Origin: Opitutaceae bacterium
Lineage (GTDB): Bacteria > Verrucomicrobiota > Verrucomicrobiia > Opitutales > Opitutaceae
DNA length: 51,134 nucleotides
NCBI GenBank assembly: GCA_036770725.1
Contig: DAIPIP010000001.1
Location: forward strand, 1-51,134
Direction of reading: 5' to 3'
Shown: positions 1 to 8,194 of the stretch, piece after piece
How positions within the stretch are numbered: the stretch's first letter is position 1
Layout: every line of letters starts with the position of its first letter
Translations under genes and position numbers: made by a program
Notes under the pieces: generated by a model
What the model was told of the DNA's origin: nothing
Databases searched by the model: none
What the model saw: the letters and a program-made list of their open reading frames with translations, nothing else

Positions 1-54
1 TCCACGATCCGCCGCCTCAAATCCGTCGATGTCGTCTTCATTGCCTCACCGTAA
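1..54 (+). CDS. Possible 3' end of an upstream gene (partial)
   Basis: Frame 1 is open from the window edge (STIRRLKSVDVVFIASP) to TAA at 52-54, with C-ending codons like neighbouring genes. Confidence 0.35.
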   Translation, partial: STIRRLKSVDVVFIASP

Positions 55-85
55 CAACCGCCCAAAAAATAGCTACAGTTTTATT

Positions 86-107
86 TAAAATGCTCTAGCG
101 CATTTTA
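86..107. promoter_or_regulatory. Near-perfect 22-bp palindrome TAAAATGC-T-CTAG-C-GCATTTTA upstream of parA
   Basis: Inverted repeat in an AT-rich intergenic region; function inferred only. Confidence 0.35.
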
Positions 108-209
108 GCGGTTTAAGATGCGGCTTCTGTTGAGGCTAACTGCGGAATCTAGGTTTATCCCTTCCGACGCACCCTCCCGCACGCCGCTTCTTCTTCCGCC
201 GCGCTTGCC

Positions 210-251
210 CATTCGACATTAGGCATTCGTCATTCGTCATTCGTTATTCGC
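210..251 (+). repeat. 7-bp tandem array (CATTCGT consensus), 6 units
   Basis: cattcga cattagg cattcgt cattcgt cattcgt tattcgc, ending 12 nt before the parA ATG. Confidence 0.85.
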
Positions 252-263
252 TCTATTCCTACC

Positions 264-1043
264 ATGCCCACCACCGTTTTCACCATCGCCAACCAGAAGG
301 GCGGCGTCGGCAAGACCACCACCGCTGTCAACCTCGCCGCCGGCCTCGCCGAGAAAAAAATCCCCACCCTGCTCGTCGATCTCGACCCCCAGGCCAACGC
401 CACCTCCGCCATTGGCGTCGAAAAACAAGACGGCCGCTCGCTCTACGGCCCCCTTCGCGGCGAAGGCACCGCCCTGGAAATGGTCACCCCCACCGGTATC
501 GAGCACCTCGCCCTCATCCCCAGCGAGGAAGACCTCGGCGCCCTCGAAATCGAACTCGCCGGCACCGAAAACTACCTCGGCCGCCTGCGCGAAATCCTCG
601 CCCCCGTGCGCGCCTCCGGCGGCTTCCGCGCCATCGTCATCGATTGCCCGCCCTCCATGGGCATGCTCTCGATGAACAGCCTCAGCGCCGCCGACCACCT
701 CCTCATCGCCCTCCAGTGCGAATACATGGCCCTCGAAGGCCTCGGCCAGATTCTCCGCAACCTCGAACGCATCAAAACCGCCGTGAACCCGTCCCTCACC
801 CTCGGCGGCGTCGTCATGACCATGTTCGACATGCGCACCAACCTCTCCCGCCAGGTCGTCGAAGAGGTCAAAACCCATCTGCCCGACCATATCTTCAAAA
901 CCGTCATCCCCCGCACCGTGCGCCTCAGCGAGGCCCCCAGTTTCGGCAAAACCATCTTCGCCTACGATAACACCTCCCCGGGCAGCACCGCCTACCGCAA
1001 CCTCGCCAAGGAAGTCATCGAACGCTTCCACCTAGCAAAATAA
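264..1043 (+). CDS. parA: ParA/Soj family chromosome-partitioning ATPase
   Basis: Deviant Walker A NQKGGVGKTT, DLDPQANAT, IDCPPS, QCEY and RLSEAPSFG motifs. Confidence 0.95.
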   Translation: MPTTVFTIANQKGGVGKTTTAVNLAAGLAEKKIPTLLVDLDPQANATSAIGVEKQDGRSLYGPLRGEGTALEMVTPTGIEHLALIPSEEDLGALEIELAGTENYLGRLREILAPVRASGGFRAIVIDCPPSMGMLSMNSLSAADHLLIALQCEYMALEGLGQILRNLERIKTAVNPSLTLGGVVMTMFDMRTNLSRQVVEEVKTHLPDHIFKTVIPRTVRLSEAPSFGKTIFAYDNTSPGSTAYRNLAKEVIERFHLAK

Positions 1044-1104
1044 CAGAACTCATAAAGCCTCGAACTTTTTCACCCAAATTGCGCGCGATACTTCTCCGGT
1101 CGCT

Positions 1105-1482
1105 TTATGCGCGGGCGGACAGATCATTGCGAGCGACCTCGGCAATTTTGTTCAAACGGGTTTTGAAGCGCGGATTTACAGCCATCTTCCCAACAAGCTG
1201 CCTGGACGGCCCCAAAACCGCCACCGAACGTCGATTGCCTCGAGCCCACGCGCGAAGCGAATTCACGATCTCCTCCACCTCCGGCTGATTTGTGAGTTCA
1301 GGCGTCGTGTCTTGATCGGACAGAGGAACAGAGCCCCCGTGTGCGATCAGACTCCAAGCGACCTGCCTTGCCAAAGGACTTTTCAACCGACGATAAATCC
1401 AACGCGCCTTGGGACTCGCGGGATCCTGCGCCACCAGTGCTAGGTTGGACCACTCGTCTGCGTCGATGTTCGAAGTTCTCAT
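1105..1482 (-). CDS. Hypothetical protein (~125 aa), downstream of the nitrilase-fold gene
   Basis: ATG at 1482 (MRTSNIDADEWSNL...) about 30 nt after the upstream stop, same strand; no recognisable motif. Confidence 0.45.
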   Translation of the reverse strand: MRTSNIDADEWSNLALVAQDPASPKARWIYRRLKSPLARQVAWSLIAHGGSVPLSDQDTTPELTNQPEVEEIVNSLRAWARGNRRSVAVLGPSRQLVGKMAVNPRFKTRLNKIAEVARNDLSARA

Positions 1483-1513
1483 GACTAAAACATGCGAGCC
1501 TCGCCAGTCCAAG

Positions 1514-3195
1514 TCAACGCGCCGAACGCGGTGCCTCCACCGCATGAATCCCGCTAAGACAAAGCCTATCGCTCATGCCCTCGTCAGTTCTGCGATCCAA
1601 GCTGCGCTCTTCCTCTTTCCGCGAGGTCAGCGATAAAACCACCCCGGCCGCGTTTTCAGGCAAGGCGATTTCGACCGGAACTTTGCCAGGCTCTTTCCAC
1701 AACGCGACCACTCGCGAAACCCCGTTCCATTCGGGCGACTTAATCGTGCCATGCCTATGCTCGTTAGCGTCAATACCGAGGAGCCCGGGTCGTCCGCGAG
1801 CACGGTCGCGTAACGTGCAGGCCAGCGCCCGTTCAACTGCGGGCCGTCCATCAACAATGCCACCACTAAGTTGGGCCCGACCGCGCGCACCAATTCCGCC
1901 ACAGGCTCCTGCCGCGCGAGATCCTCGCAAATAAGCACGCTCATCGTCAGCCAAGGACGAACGGTCAAAAATTGAAGCCCCCGACGCCGGATGCCCGTGT
2001 TTTCCCACCATGATTCAGCCGGATTTAAACGTCCCCCCAATCCATATTGCTCAATCTGCGCGCGATCCAAAATCCAGCGATGATGCTTTTCTTGACGAAA
2101 AACCTGCGCGGTATGGGTCCCCACTCTGGTGTGAACCTCCGCCCCGTTGCTCCCGAACCCGCCTCCGCTGCCCGTCTCGCCAACCCCTGTGATAAACACG
2201 CCATCCCTGTTTATCCTCAGCCATTCGTCCGCTAGAGCCACTGCCGCCTCCTGGCTCTCGACCGCCAATTCGGGCATCACCACGCCGTCCACCCGCCCCA
2301 ACATGTCTTTGGCCCGCTCGATTACGGCCCGCATCCGCTCGATTCTTCCCGCACGAGCCTGCGGCGAAAAATCAAATCTGCGATGCGTCCCCCGATCCGA
2401 AGGCGCCAGAGCCGAAGGTTCAAAATACCTTGGCAGTATCTCCTCTGGCCAAGGCAACAGCAGCAGATTCAAACCATGCGCACTCGAACCGGCGTCGGAA
2501 GTCCTTGCATCAAAACCGGAAACGCGCCGCCAATATGGCACCACCTCCCTTGTGCTGATGTAGGCCAGATGATGGGACAAGGATCGCAGCGTGACCCCGC
2601 ACTGCGGTGTGTGCAGTTTGGGCAAGACCACCGCTTCGCCTACGGCGATTCGCCGACAAAGGCTTGATCCCCTCCGGCCCACCGGCACCAACAACACGTC
2701 GGCTTCCTGCTGGAAACGCAGCCCCTCCGCATCCCCCTCATAGTCTTCCGGGGTGTAGGGAGCCCCCACACCCGCGCAGGCTTCGTCCGCCGCTGCGAAC
2801 AGGCTCAACACCGCCTCGATCACGCCGCTCTTGTTCCCGTCGTCCTCCATCTTAGCCACCGGCATCGAGTCGGCTACCTCGACCAACTGGTCCCACCAGA
2901 GCAAAATCTCCTCCGGAAACTCTTACATTGTTCGCTCCGGGTCTTCTTGGGTGATCGCGCCACGCCAGCACAGCCCAATTTCCCGTATTTTCAACTCCCA
3001 AGCCTCATCCGGCGGCCAATGCGCCCCAACGGCATATGTGTAGGCTCCCGTTCGCTCCAAGACCGCCCCCAGCAATGCAAACACATCCGGAGGCCACGCC
3101 AAGATATCGTCCCTCCAGCTATTGCCTCCGGTCATGAATCCCCAAAGATTGGCTACGCTCGTTTCCCGGACGGACGGTTCTGAAGTTTCGCTCAT
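1514..3195 (-). pseudogene. Carbon-nitrogen hydrolase (nitrilase)-fold protein with unknown N-terminal domain; disrupted by in-frame TAA (2925-2923) and a 1-nt frameshift (~1720-1723)
   Basis: ATG 3195 MSETSEP...WPPDVFAL reads to TAA, then the same frame continues EFPEEILLWWD...; candidate triad VVMPE / QEKHHRW / LICEDL; adding one G to the GGGG run joins to ...GVSRVVALWKEP...EIAL...GVVLSL, ending at 1514. Confidence 0.75.
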
Positions 3196-3300
3196 GCCCC
3201 AAGCGCAGGCGAAACCGGACTCATCACGCAAATCGTTTGACCCTCCCGAACCCATTTTTGCGGTTATGGCTTTCCTTTTCCCAAGGCTACATGAATTGCA

Positions 3301-4128
3301 TTGGGAAAACACGTGTCTTACCTCACCAAATACCGCCAGGTCTTCCTCACCGGCATCCAGACCAACCTCGTCTATCGCTGGAACTTCGCCATCCGCGCGG
3401 CCTTTTCGCTCCTCCACCTGGTTTACGTCTTCGTGCTCTGGGGCGCGGCCTACGCCGGACAGACCGAAATCGGCGGCTTCCCCCTCGGCGCCACCCTCTC
3501 CTATTTCACCGTCCTGCTCGTGCTGCAATTCTTCCTCAGCGCGCAAAACGACGACTACGAAATCTCCGAGGAAATCCGCAACGGCCTCATCAACCAGTTC
3601 CTCACCAAACCGATCAACTACTTCGGCTACCGCCTCAGCCTCTACTTCTCCGCCCGCCTCGTCACCGGCGGCCTCGCGCTCATCCCTGTGCTCGTCGCCC
3701 TGCCCCTGCTCGGCCCGCACCTCACGCTGCCAGGCGCAGAACACGCGCCGCTCTATGCCGTCGCCATCCCCGCGCTGCTGCTCTCCGCGCTCATCCAGTT
3801 CACCATCGCCTACTGCTTCGGCCTGCTGACCTTCTGGTTTCTGGAAATCCAGTCCTTCATCATCCTCTCGCTCGCCGTCGAGGCCGTGCTTGGCGGGCAA
3901 ATCTTTCCCTTGGATTTGATGCCCGGCTGGCTCTACGAAATTTCCCGCTGGCTGCCCTACTACTACCAGATGTATTTCCCCGCCGCCCTGCTCACCGGGC
4001 GTATCACGGATTTGAATACCGCCCTCCAGGGCCTCGCCATCCAAGCCGCCTGGGTCGTCCTGCTTATGATCTTCGCCCGCGTCCTCTGGAACCGCGGCCT
4101 CCGCCTCCACACCGCCGTCGGAGGCTGA
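3301..4128 (+). CDS. ABC-2 family transporter permease (DUF990-like)
   Basis: Multi-TM protein with YRWNF, I.EEIRNG.I..FLTKP and GGQIFPLDL.P motifs; start may be GTG 3313. Confidence 0.85.
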   Translation: MGKHVSYLTKYRQVFLTGIQTNLVYRWNFAIRAAFSLLHLVYVFVLWGAAYAGQTEIGGFPLGATLSYFTVLLVLQFFLSAQNDDYEISEEIRNGLINQFLTKPINYFGYRLSLYFSARLVTGGLALIPVLVALPLLGPHLTLPGAEHAPLYAVAIPALLLSALIQFTIAYCFGLLTFWFLEIQSFIILSLAVEAVLGGQIFPLDLMPGWLYEISRWLPYYYQMYFPAALLTGRITDLNTALQGLAIQAAWVVLLMIFARVLWNRGLRLHTAVGG

Positions 4129-4149
4129 TCTCTCCACACTCACAAACCC

Positions 4150-4620
4150 ATGGCCGACACCGTCTCCGAATTGCCGTTTTGGCCCCTGTTCGGCATGGGC
4201 GTGGCCTTTCTCGGCTTCGGAACCATAGCCGCCATGGGTGCGGGGAAAACCCTGCTCCAAATCCAAAATGCGCGCCGCTGGCCTCTCGTGCCCGCCACTA
4301 TCACCGAAGTGGAAATTTCCGAGCACCGGGTGCGAAGCGGCAGAAGCCGCAGTCGCCTGGCCCGCAGCGCACGAGCGACCTTCCGGTTCACGGACAAGAC
4401 CGGCGCAACCAGACACGTCCGCTACCAAACCGCTCAATCCACGCGCTTGAGCATCGCCGACTTCGAAGTCGGCAAAACGGTCGACTTGCGCGTGAATCCG
4501 AACAATCCGACCGAGTTCCGACGCTCGCTCTGGCCGGACGTTGGCGAATGGATCTTTTTGACCGCCACGTTTGCCTTCGGTGGTTTCGGACTCGGCCTGC
4601 TCGTCTTGGCGTTCTTGTAA
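4150..4620 (+). CDS. DUF3592-like membrane protein
   Basis: N-terminal TM, W..VPATI, VG..V.LRVNP.NP, C-terminal TM. Confidence 0.7.
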   Translation: MADTVSELPFWPLFGMGVAFLGFGTIAAMGAGKTLLQIQNARRWPLVPATITEVEISEHRVRSGRSRSRLARSARATFRFTDKTGATRHVRYQTAQSTRLSIADFEVGKTVDLRVNPNNPTEFRRSLWPDVGEWIFLTATFAFGGFGLGLLVLAFL

Positions 4621-4642
4621 TAGTTCAAATCGCCCGCTGATC

Positions 4643-5440
4643 ATGCCCGCCCTCCTTCGCTACACCAAAATCTGGCTCGCCAGCATCCGCTACTCGCTGG
4701 TGCGGGCCATGATGTTTCGCGGCGATTTTCTCATGTGGGCCCTGGTCGAGTTCATCTGGATGAGCGTCAACGTTCTACTCGTCGGCATCATCTACAGCCA
4801 CACCGACAGCATCGCCGGCTGGACCCAATACGAGATGCTCCTCCTCGTCGGCACCACCCTGCTCGTGCAGCGCCTGCTCATGGCGTTTTTCTGGAGCAAC
4901 CTCTTCGAGCTCGGACGCAACGTCCGCAGCGGCCACTTCGACTTCTTCCTCGCACAGCCCGGCTCGCCGCTGTTCATGCTCTCGACCCGCAAGTTCGACC
5001 TCGACGGCCTGGTCAACGTCCCCGTCGCCCTCGCCATCGTCGTTTACGCCGCGCGCGAGCTCGGCCTCGATCCCAGCCTCGGCCAGCTCGCCGCCTACAC
5101 CCTCTTCGTGCTCTGCGGCCTCGCCCTGCACTACGCCACCCTGCTCACCATCATCTCGCTCGTCTTCTGGCTCAAAAGCGCAAGCGGCATCGAGGGCGGC
5201 TACTTCGGCCTCACCGAGTTTTCCCGCCTCCCGCGCGAGGCCCTGCGCGGCGTCGCCGCCGTGGCCTTCGTCTTCATCCTGCCCGTCGTCATCGTGAGCA
5301 ACGTGCCCGCCCGCGTGCTCATCCACGGCTTCGAACCCGTCCACGCCGCCTGGCTGCTCGGCGCGACCGCTCTCTGGTTCGCCGTCGCCGTCGCCGTATT
5401 CAACGCCGGACTACGCCGCTACTCCAGCGCCTCGTCATGA
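4643..5440 (+). CDS. ABC-2 family transporter permease
   Basis: FRGDF, IAGWT.YE and VRSG.FDFFL..P motifs; multi-TM; ATG at 4643. Confidence 0.85.
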   Translation: MPALLRYTKIWLASIRYSLVRAMMFRGDFLMWALVEFIWMSVNVLLVGIIYSHTDSIAGWTQYEMLLLVGTTLLVQRLLMAFFWSNLFELGRNVRSGHFDFFLAQPGSPLFMLSTRKFDLDGLVNVPVALAIVVYAARELGLDPSLGQLAAYTLFVLCGLALHYATLLTIISLVFWLKSASGIEGGYFGLTEFSRLPREALRGVAAVAFVFILPVVIVSNVPARVLIHGFEPVHAAWLLGATALWFAVAVAVFNAGLRRYSSASS

Positions 5441-6129
5441 CCCCTCCGCCCGACGCCCTTCAGGCCGCGCTCGGCCACACCTTCGCCCGTCCCGCCCTGC
5501 TCTCCGAGGCGCTCACCCACCCGAGCTACCTCAACGAAAACCCCGACGCCGGTCCGCACAACCAGCGCCTCGAATTCCTCGGCGACGCCGTTCTCCAACT
5601 CATCCTCACCACCGAGCTCCACGCCCGCTATCCCGACGAACAAGAAGGCCCGCTATCCCGCCGCCGCTCCGTGCTCGCCAACGGCCGCCAGCTCGCCGCC
5701 CTGGCGCTCGACCTCGGCCTCGACGCCGCCCTGCGCCTCGGCGGCAGCGAGAACACCCCCGAAGGCCGCGCCCGCCCCTCCAACCTCGAAGACGCCCTCG
5801 AAGCCCTCATCGGCGCGCTCTATCTGGACGCCGGTCTCGAAGTCGCCCGCGCCCGCGTGCTCGCCCTCTACGGCGACCTCGAAAAACGCTTCGCCGCCGG
5901 CCTCTCGGCCGACAACCCCAAGGGACAACTCCAGGAACGCATCCAGCCCCTCCATGGCACCGCCGCCCTGCGTTACGAGACCGTGCAAAGCGGCGGCGCC
6001 GACCACGCCAAGGAATACACGTCGCGCGTCTTTCTCGCCGACCGCCTCCTCGGCGAAGGTCACGGCCGCTCCAAGAAAGTAGCCGAAGAATCCGCCGCCC
6101 GCGCCGCCATGGAATCCAGCCCCGAGTAA
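5437..6129 (+). CDS. rnc: Ribonuclease III
   Basis: ALTHPS, NQRLEFLGDAVL, D.LEALIGALYLD and a C-terminal dsRBD (NPKGQLQE...GRSKK.AE..AA); ATGA overlap with the upstream gene. Confidence 0.96.
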   Translation: MTPPPDALQAALGHTFARPALLSEALTHPSYLNENPDAGPHNQRLEFLGDAVLQLILTTELHARYPDEQEGPLSRRRSVLANGRQLAALALDLGLDAALRLGGSENTPEGRARPSNLEDALEALIGALYLDAGLEVARARVLALYGDLEKRFAAGLSADNPKGQLQERIQPLHGTAALRYETVQSGGADHAKEYTSRVFLADRLLGEGHGRSKKVAEESAARAAMESSPE

Positions 6130-6195
6130 GATCATTCCACCCTCGCGCACCAAAAACCACGGGGCGTTCTCCGCCTGCTCCGCCTCCTCCGCCGC

Positions 6196-8184
6196 TCAAA
6201 AGCTCGCGATCACTTCCCCGCCTTCGTTCCCGCGCACCGCCACGGACCAAAGTCGTTCGTCGATCCGCCGCACCGGCGCCGGTCTGCCGTCCACCGTCAC
6301 GTGACGCGGCGCCTCTTCGCTCCAGAAAACCGCGGAGCCGGGCAAACGCAGCCGCGCCGCCATCCGTCCGGGCGTTTCGTTGGCCAGCGTGCCAAGCGCG
6401 GCCGCCCCGTTCCAAAGTCCGCGCAAGCCCAGACAGGTCGCGCGCGCCGCGCCGATCGGCGCAAACACCCGCACGCGAAACTCGCCCGGCCCCAGCGTCT
6501 CGCGCCGGCGCTCGCGGGGCGCGAGCAGACGATGCGTTTCATCGACCGGCGACCACTCCACCATGGGCTCGCCCGCCGGCGATCCGGGCACATCGTCCGC
6601 CCGCCAACTGGCCACCAGCGGCCCGGCCGTCTCGACCGTGCGACAATAAAAAAGCCCCAGCACGCCGAGCGGACCGCGCCGGTTGTGCAATTTCAGCGCC
6701 ACCGCCTCGCTCAGCGGATCGCGCAACACGATGTCCTCCGTCGGCAACGCCGGCCGGTCCCACGCCGGCACGCGCCCGTCGGCCAGCGCCACCCGGCGCA
6801 ACAGCGCGAAATCCTGCCTCCCGGGATGATCGCTCACATAGATCGGCCCGCCGCTCAACGCGCGCGCCGCCGCGTGCGCCGCCGCCTCCGGACCGTGGCT
6901 CTGAAACATGTCCCAATCCGGCCACGCGAAATTCGCGGACCACAGCGCGTTGTAGGCGTTGAACACCAGATGCCGCCGCTGCTGGTCCGTGCCGCGCCGG
7001 GGGAAATAATCGTCGCTGTTGCGCCACGCGTTGCCCGCGCCGAGATGCAGCGCGATGTCGTTCGCGTTGCTCATGCAGTGCAGCAAACCGCCGCCGAAGT
7101 GCGCCGCCGCCGCGCCTTGCAACGCTTCCTGCCAACGCCGCGTCGCCCCCACCCGCCCGGTGCGCCCGGCCGTGAAACGCTCCAAGGCGCCCTGCCCGTC
7201 CACCTTCACCCAGTCCACGCCCTGCGCGCGCAGATGCCGGTGAAAATCCTGATAGAATCGCGCGATGTCCGCCTCCTCCACCCGCGCCAGCTCGCGCGTC
7301 TCGTCGGGATTCCACGGCCGTATGTTGCCCGGTCGCGCGTCGAGCCGGTAGTCGCGCGCCAACGGACCGTCCGGCGCGACACCCGCCCAGTAACCTTGCA
7401 ACGCGTGCCACACCCCGAATTTCCGCACCCCGCGACGCCGCGCGTCGCGAATTACCGGCGCTAGCCCGCCGGGAAACTTTTTCGCGTCCGCCGCGAACCC
7501 GTTCAGGTGATCTCCCGTCACATCGAGCCAGCCGTCGTCGAGCATCATGAACCCCGGCGTCACCCCGCCGCGCCCAAAACTATCGAGTCCGCGCCGCACT
7601 TTCGCCGCCGAGAGTTGGTGATAAAACGCGTCCCACGTGCACCAGCCCAGGTAGTCCAAAAACTCCGGCCGCGCCTTCTCCTCCCGCAGCCGAAAAGTCC
7701 CCAGCGCCTCGCGCGCCGCCAGAAACGCCCGCCGCAATGCCGTCGCCGTGTCGGGCCCGCAGGCATACACCGCCGCGACCACCGGCTTGGCCGCGCCACC
7801 CGCGCCTTCGCCTTCGCCTTCGCTTGACGCCATACCGGCCGCGAGCCGCAAGGCCGCGCCCTCCGGCGTGGGCTCGAAGGTCGCCCGGTGCTCGCCCGCG
7901 TAAAGCGGCAGCAACACGTGCCTCCCCCCGCCCGCAGCGCTCCAGATCAGACACTGCGTCTGCGGCGGAATCGCCGCCGGGTCCGCACCCCACTTCGGTT
8001 CACTCCAAAACAACCCGCGCCGATGCAGCGCGCACCACCGCGTCAAACCGGGAAAACGCCACGCCGCGCCCGTCGCCTCCGCCTCGGCCGGCGCCAGCGT
8101 CAGATAATACGCCGCCGAATTCGCGGCGTCGCGTTTTACGCGCACCGATTTCGGCGCGCGCGGAGGGGAGTAAACGGCCGGCAT
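6196..8184 (-). CDS. Sip1/raffinose-synthase-family alpha-galactosidase (GH36)
   Basis: GWCTWDAFY, LDDGW, VWHALQGYW.GV, VKVDGQ, RNSDDYFP, PDWDMFQS and SGGPIYVSD motifs. Confidence 0.9.
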   Translation of the reverse strand: MPAVYSPPRAPKSVRVKRDAANSAAYYLTLAPAEAEATGAAWRFPGLTRWCALHRRGLFWSEPKWGADPAAIPPQTQCLIWSAAGGGRHVLLPLYAGEHRATFEPTPEGAALRLAAGMASSEGEGEGAGGAAKPVVAAVYACGPDTATALRRAFLAAREALGTFRLREEKARPEFLDYLGWCTWDAFYHQLSAAKVRRGLDSFGRGGVTPGFMMLDDGWLDVTGDHLNGFAADAKKFPGGLAPVIRDARRRGVRKFGVWHALQGYWAGVAPDGPLARDYRLDARPGNIRPWNPDETRELARVEEADIARFYQDFHRHLRAQGVDWVKVDGQGALERFTAGRTGRVGATRRWQEALQGAAAAHFGGGLLHCMSNANDIALHLGAGNAWRNSDDYFPRRGTDQQRRHLVFNAYNALWSANFAWPDWDMFQSHGPEAAAHAAARALSGGPIYVSDHPGRQDFALLRRVALADGRVPAWDRPALPTEDIVLRDPLSEAVALKLHNRRGPLGVLGLFYCRTVETAGPLVASWRADDVPGSPAGEPMVEWSPVDETHRLLAPRERRRETLGPGEFRVRVFAPIGAARATCLGLRGLWNGAAALGTLANETPGRMAARLRLPGSAVFWSEEAPRHVTVDGRPAPVRRIDERLWSVAVRGNEGGEVIASF

Positions 8185-8194
8185 GATAAAACAT

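Noticed and set aside
2923..4644. 573-aa minus-strand ORF
   Set aside because: Mostly the antisense shadow of the permease and DUF3592 genes; only the last 90 codons (from ATG 3195) belong to the nitrilase-fold gene
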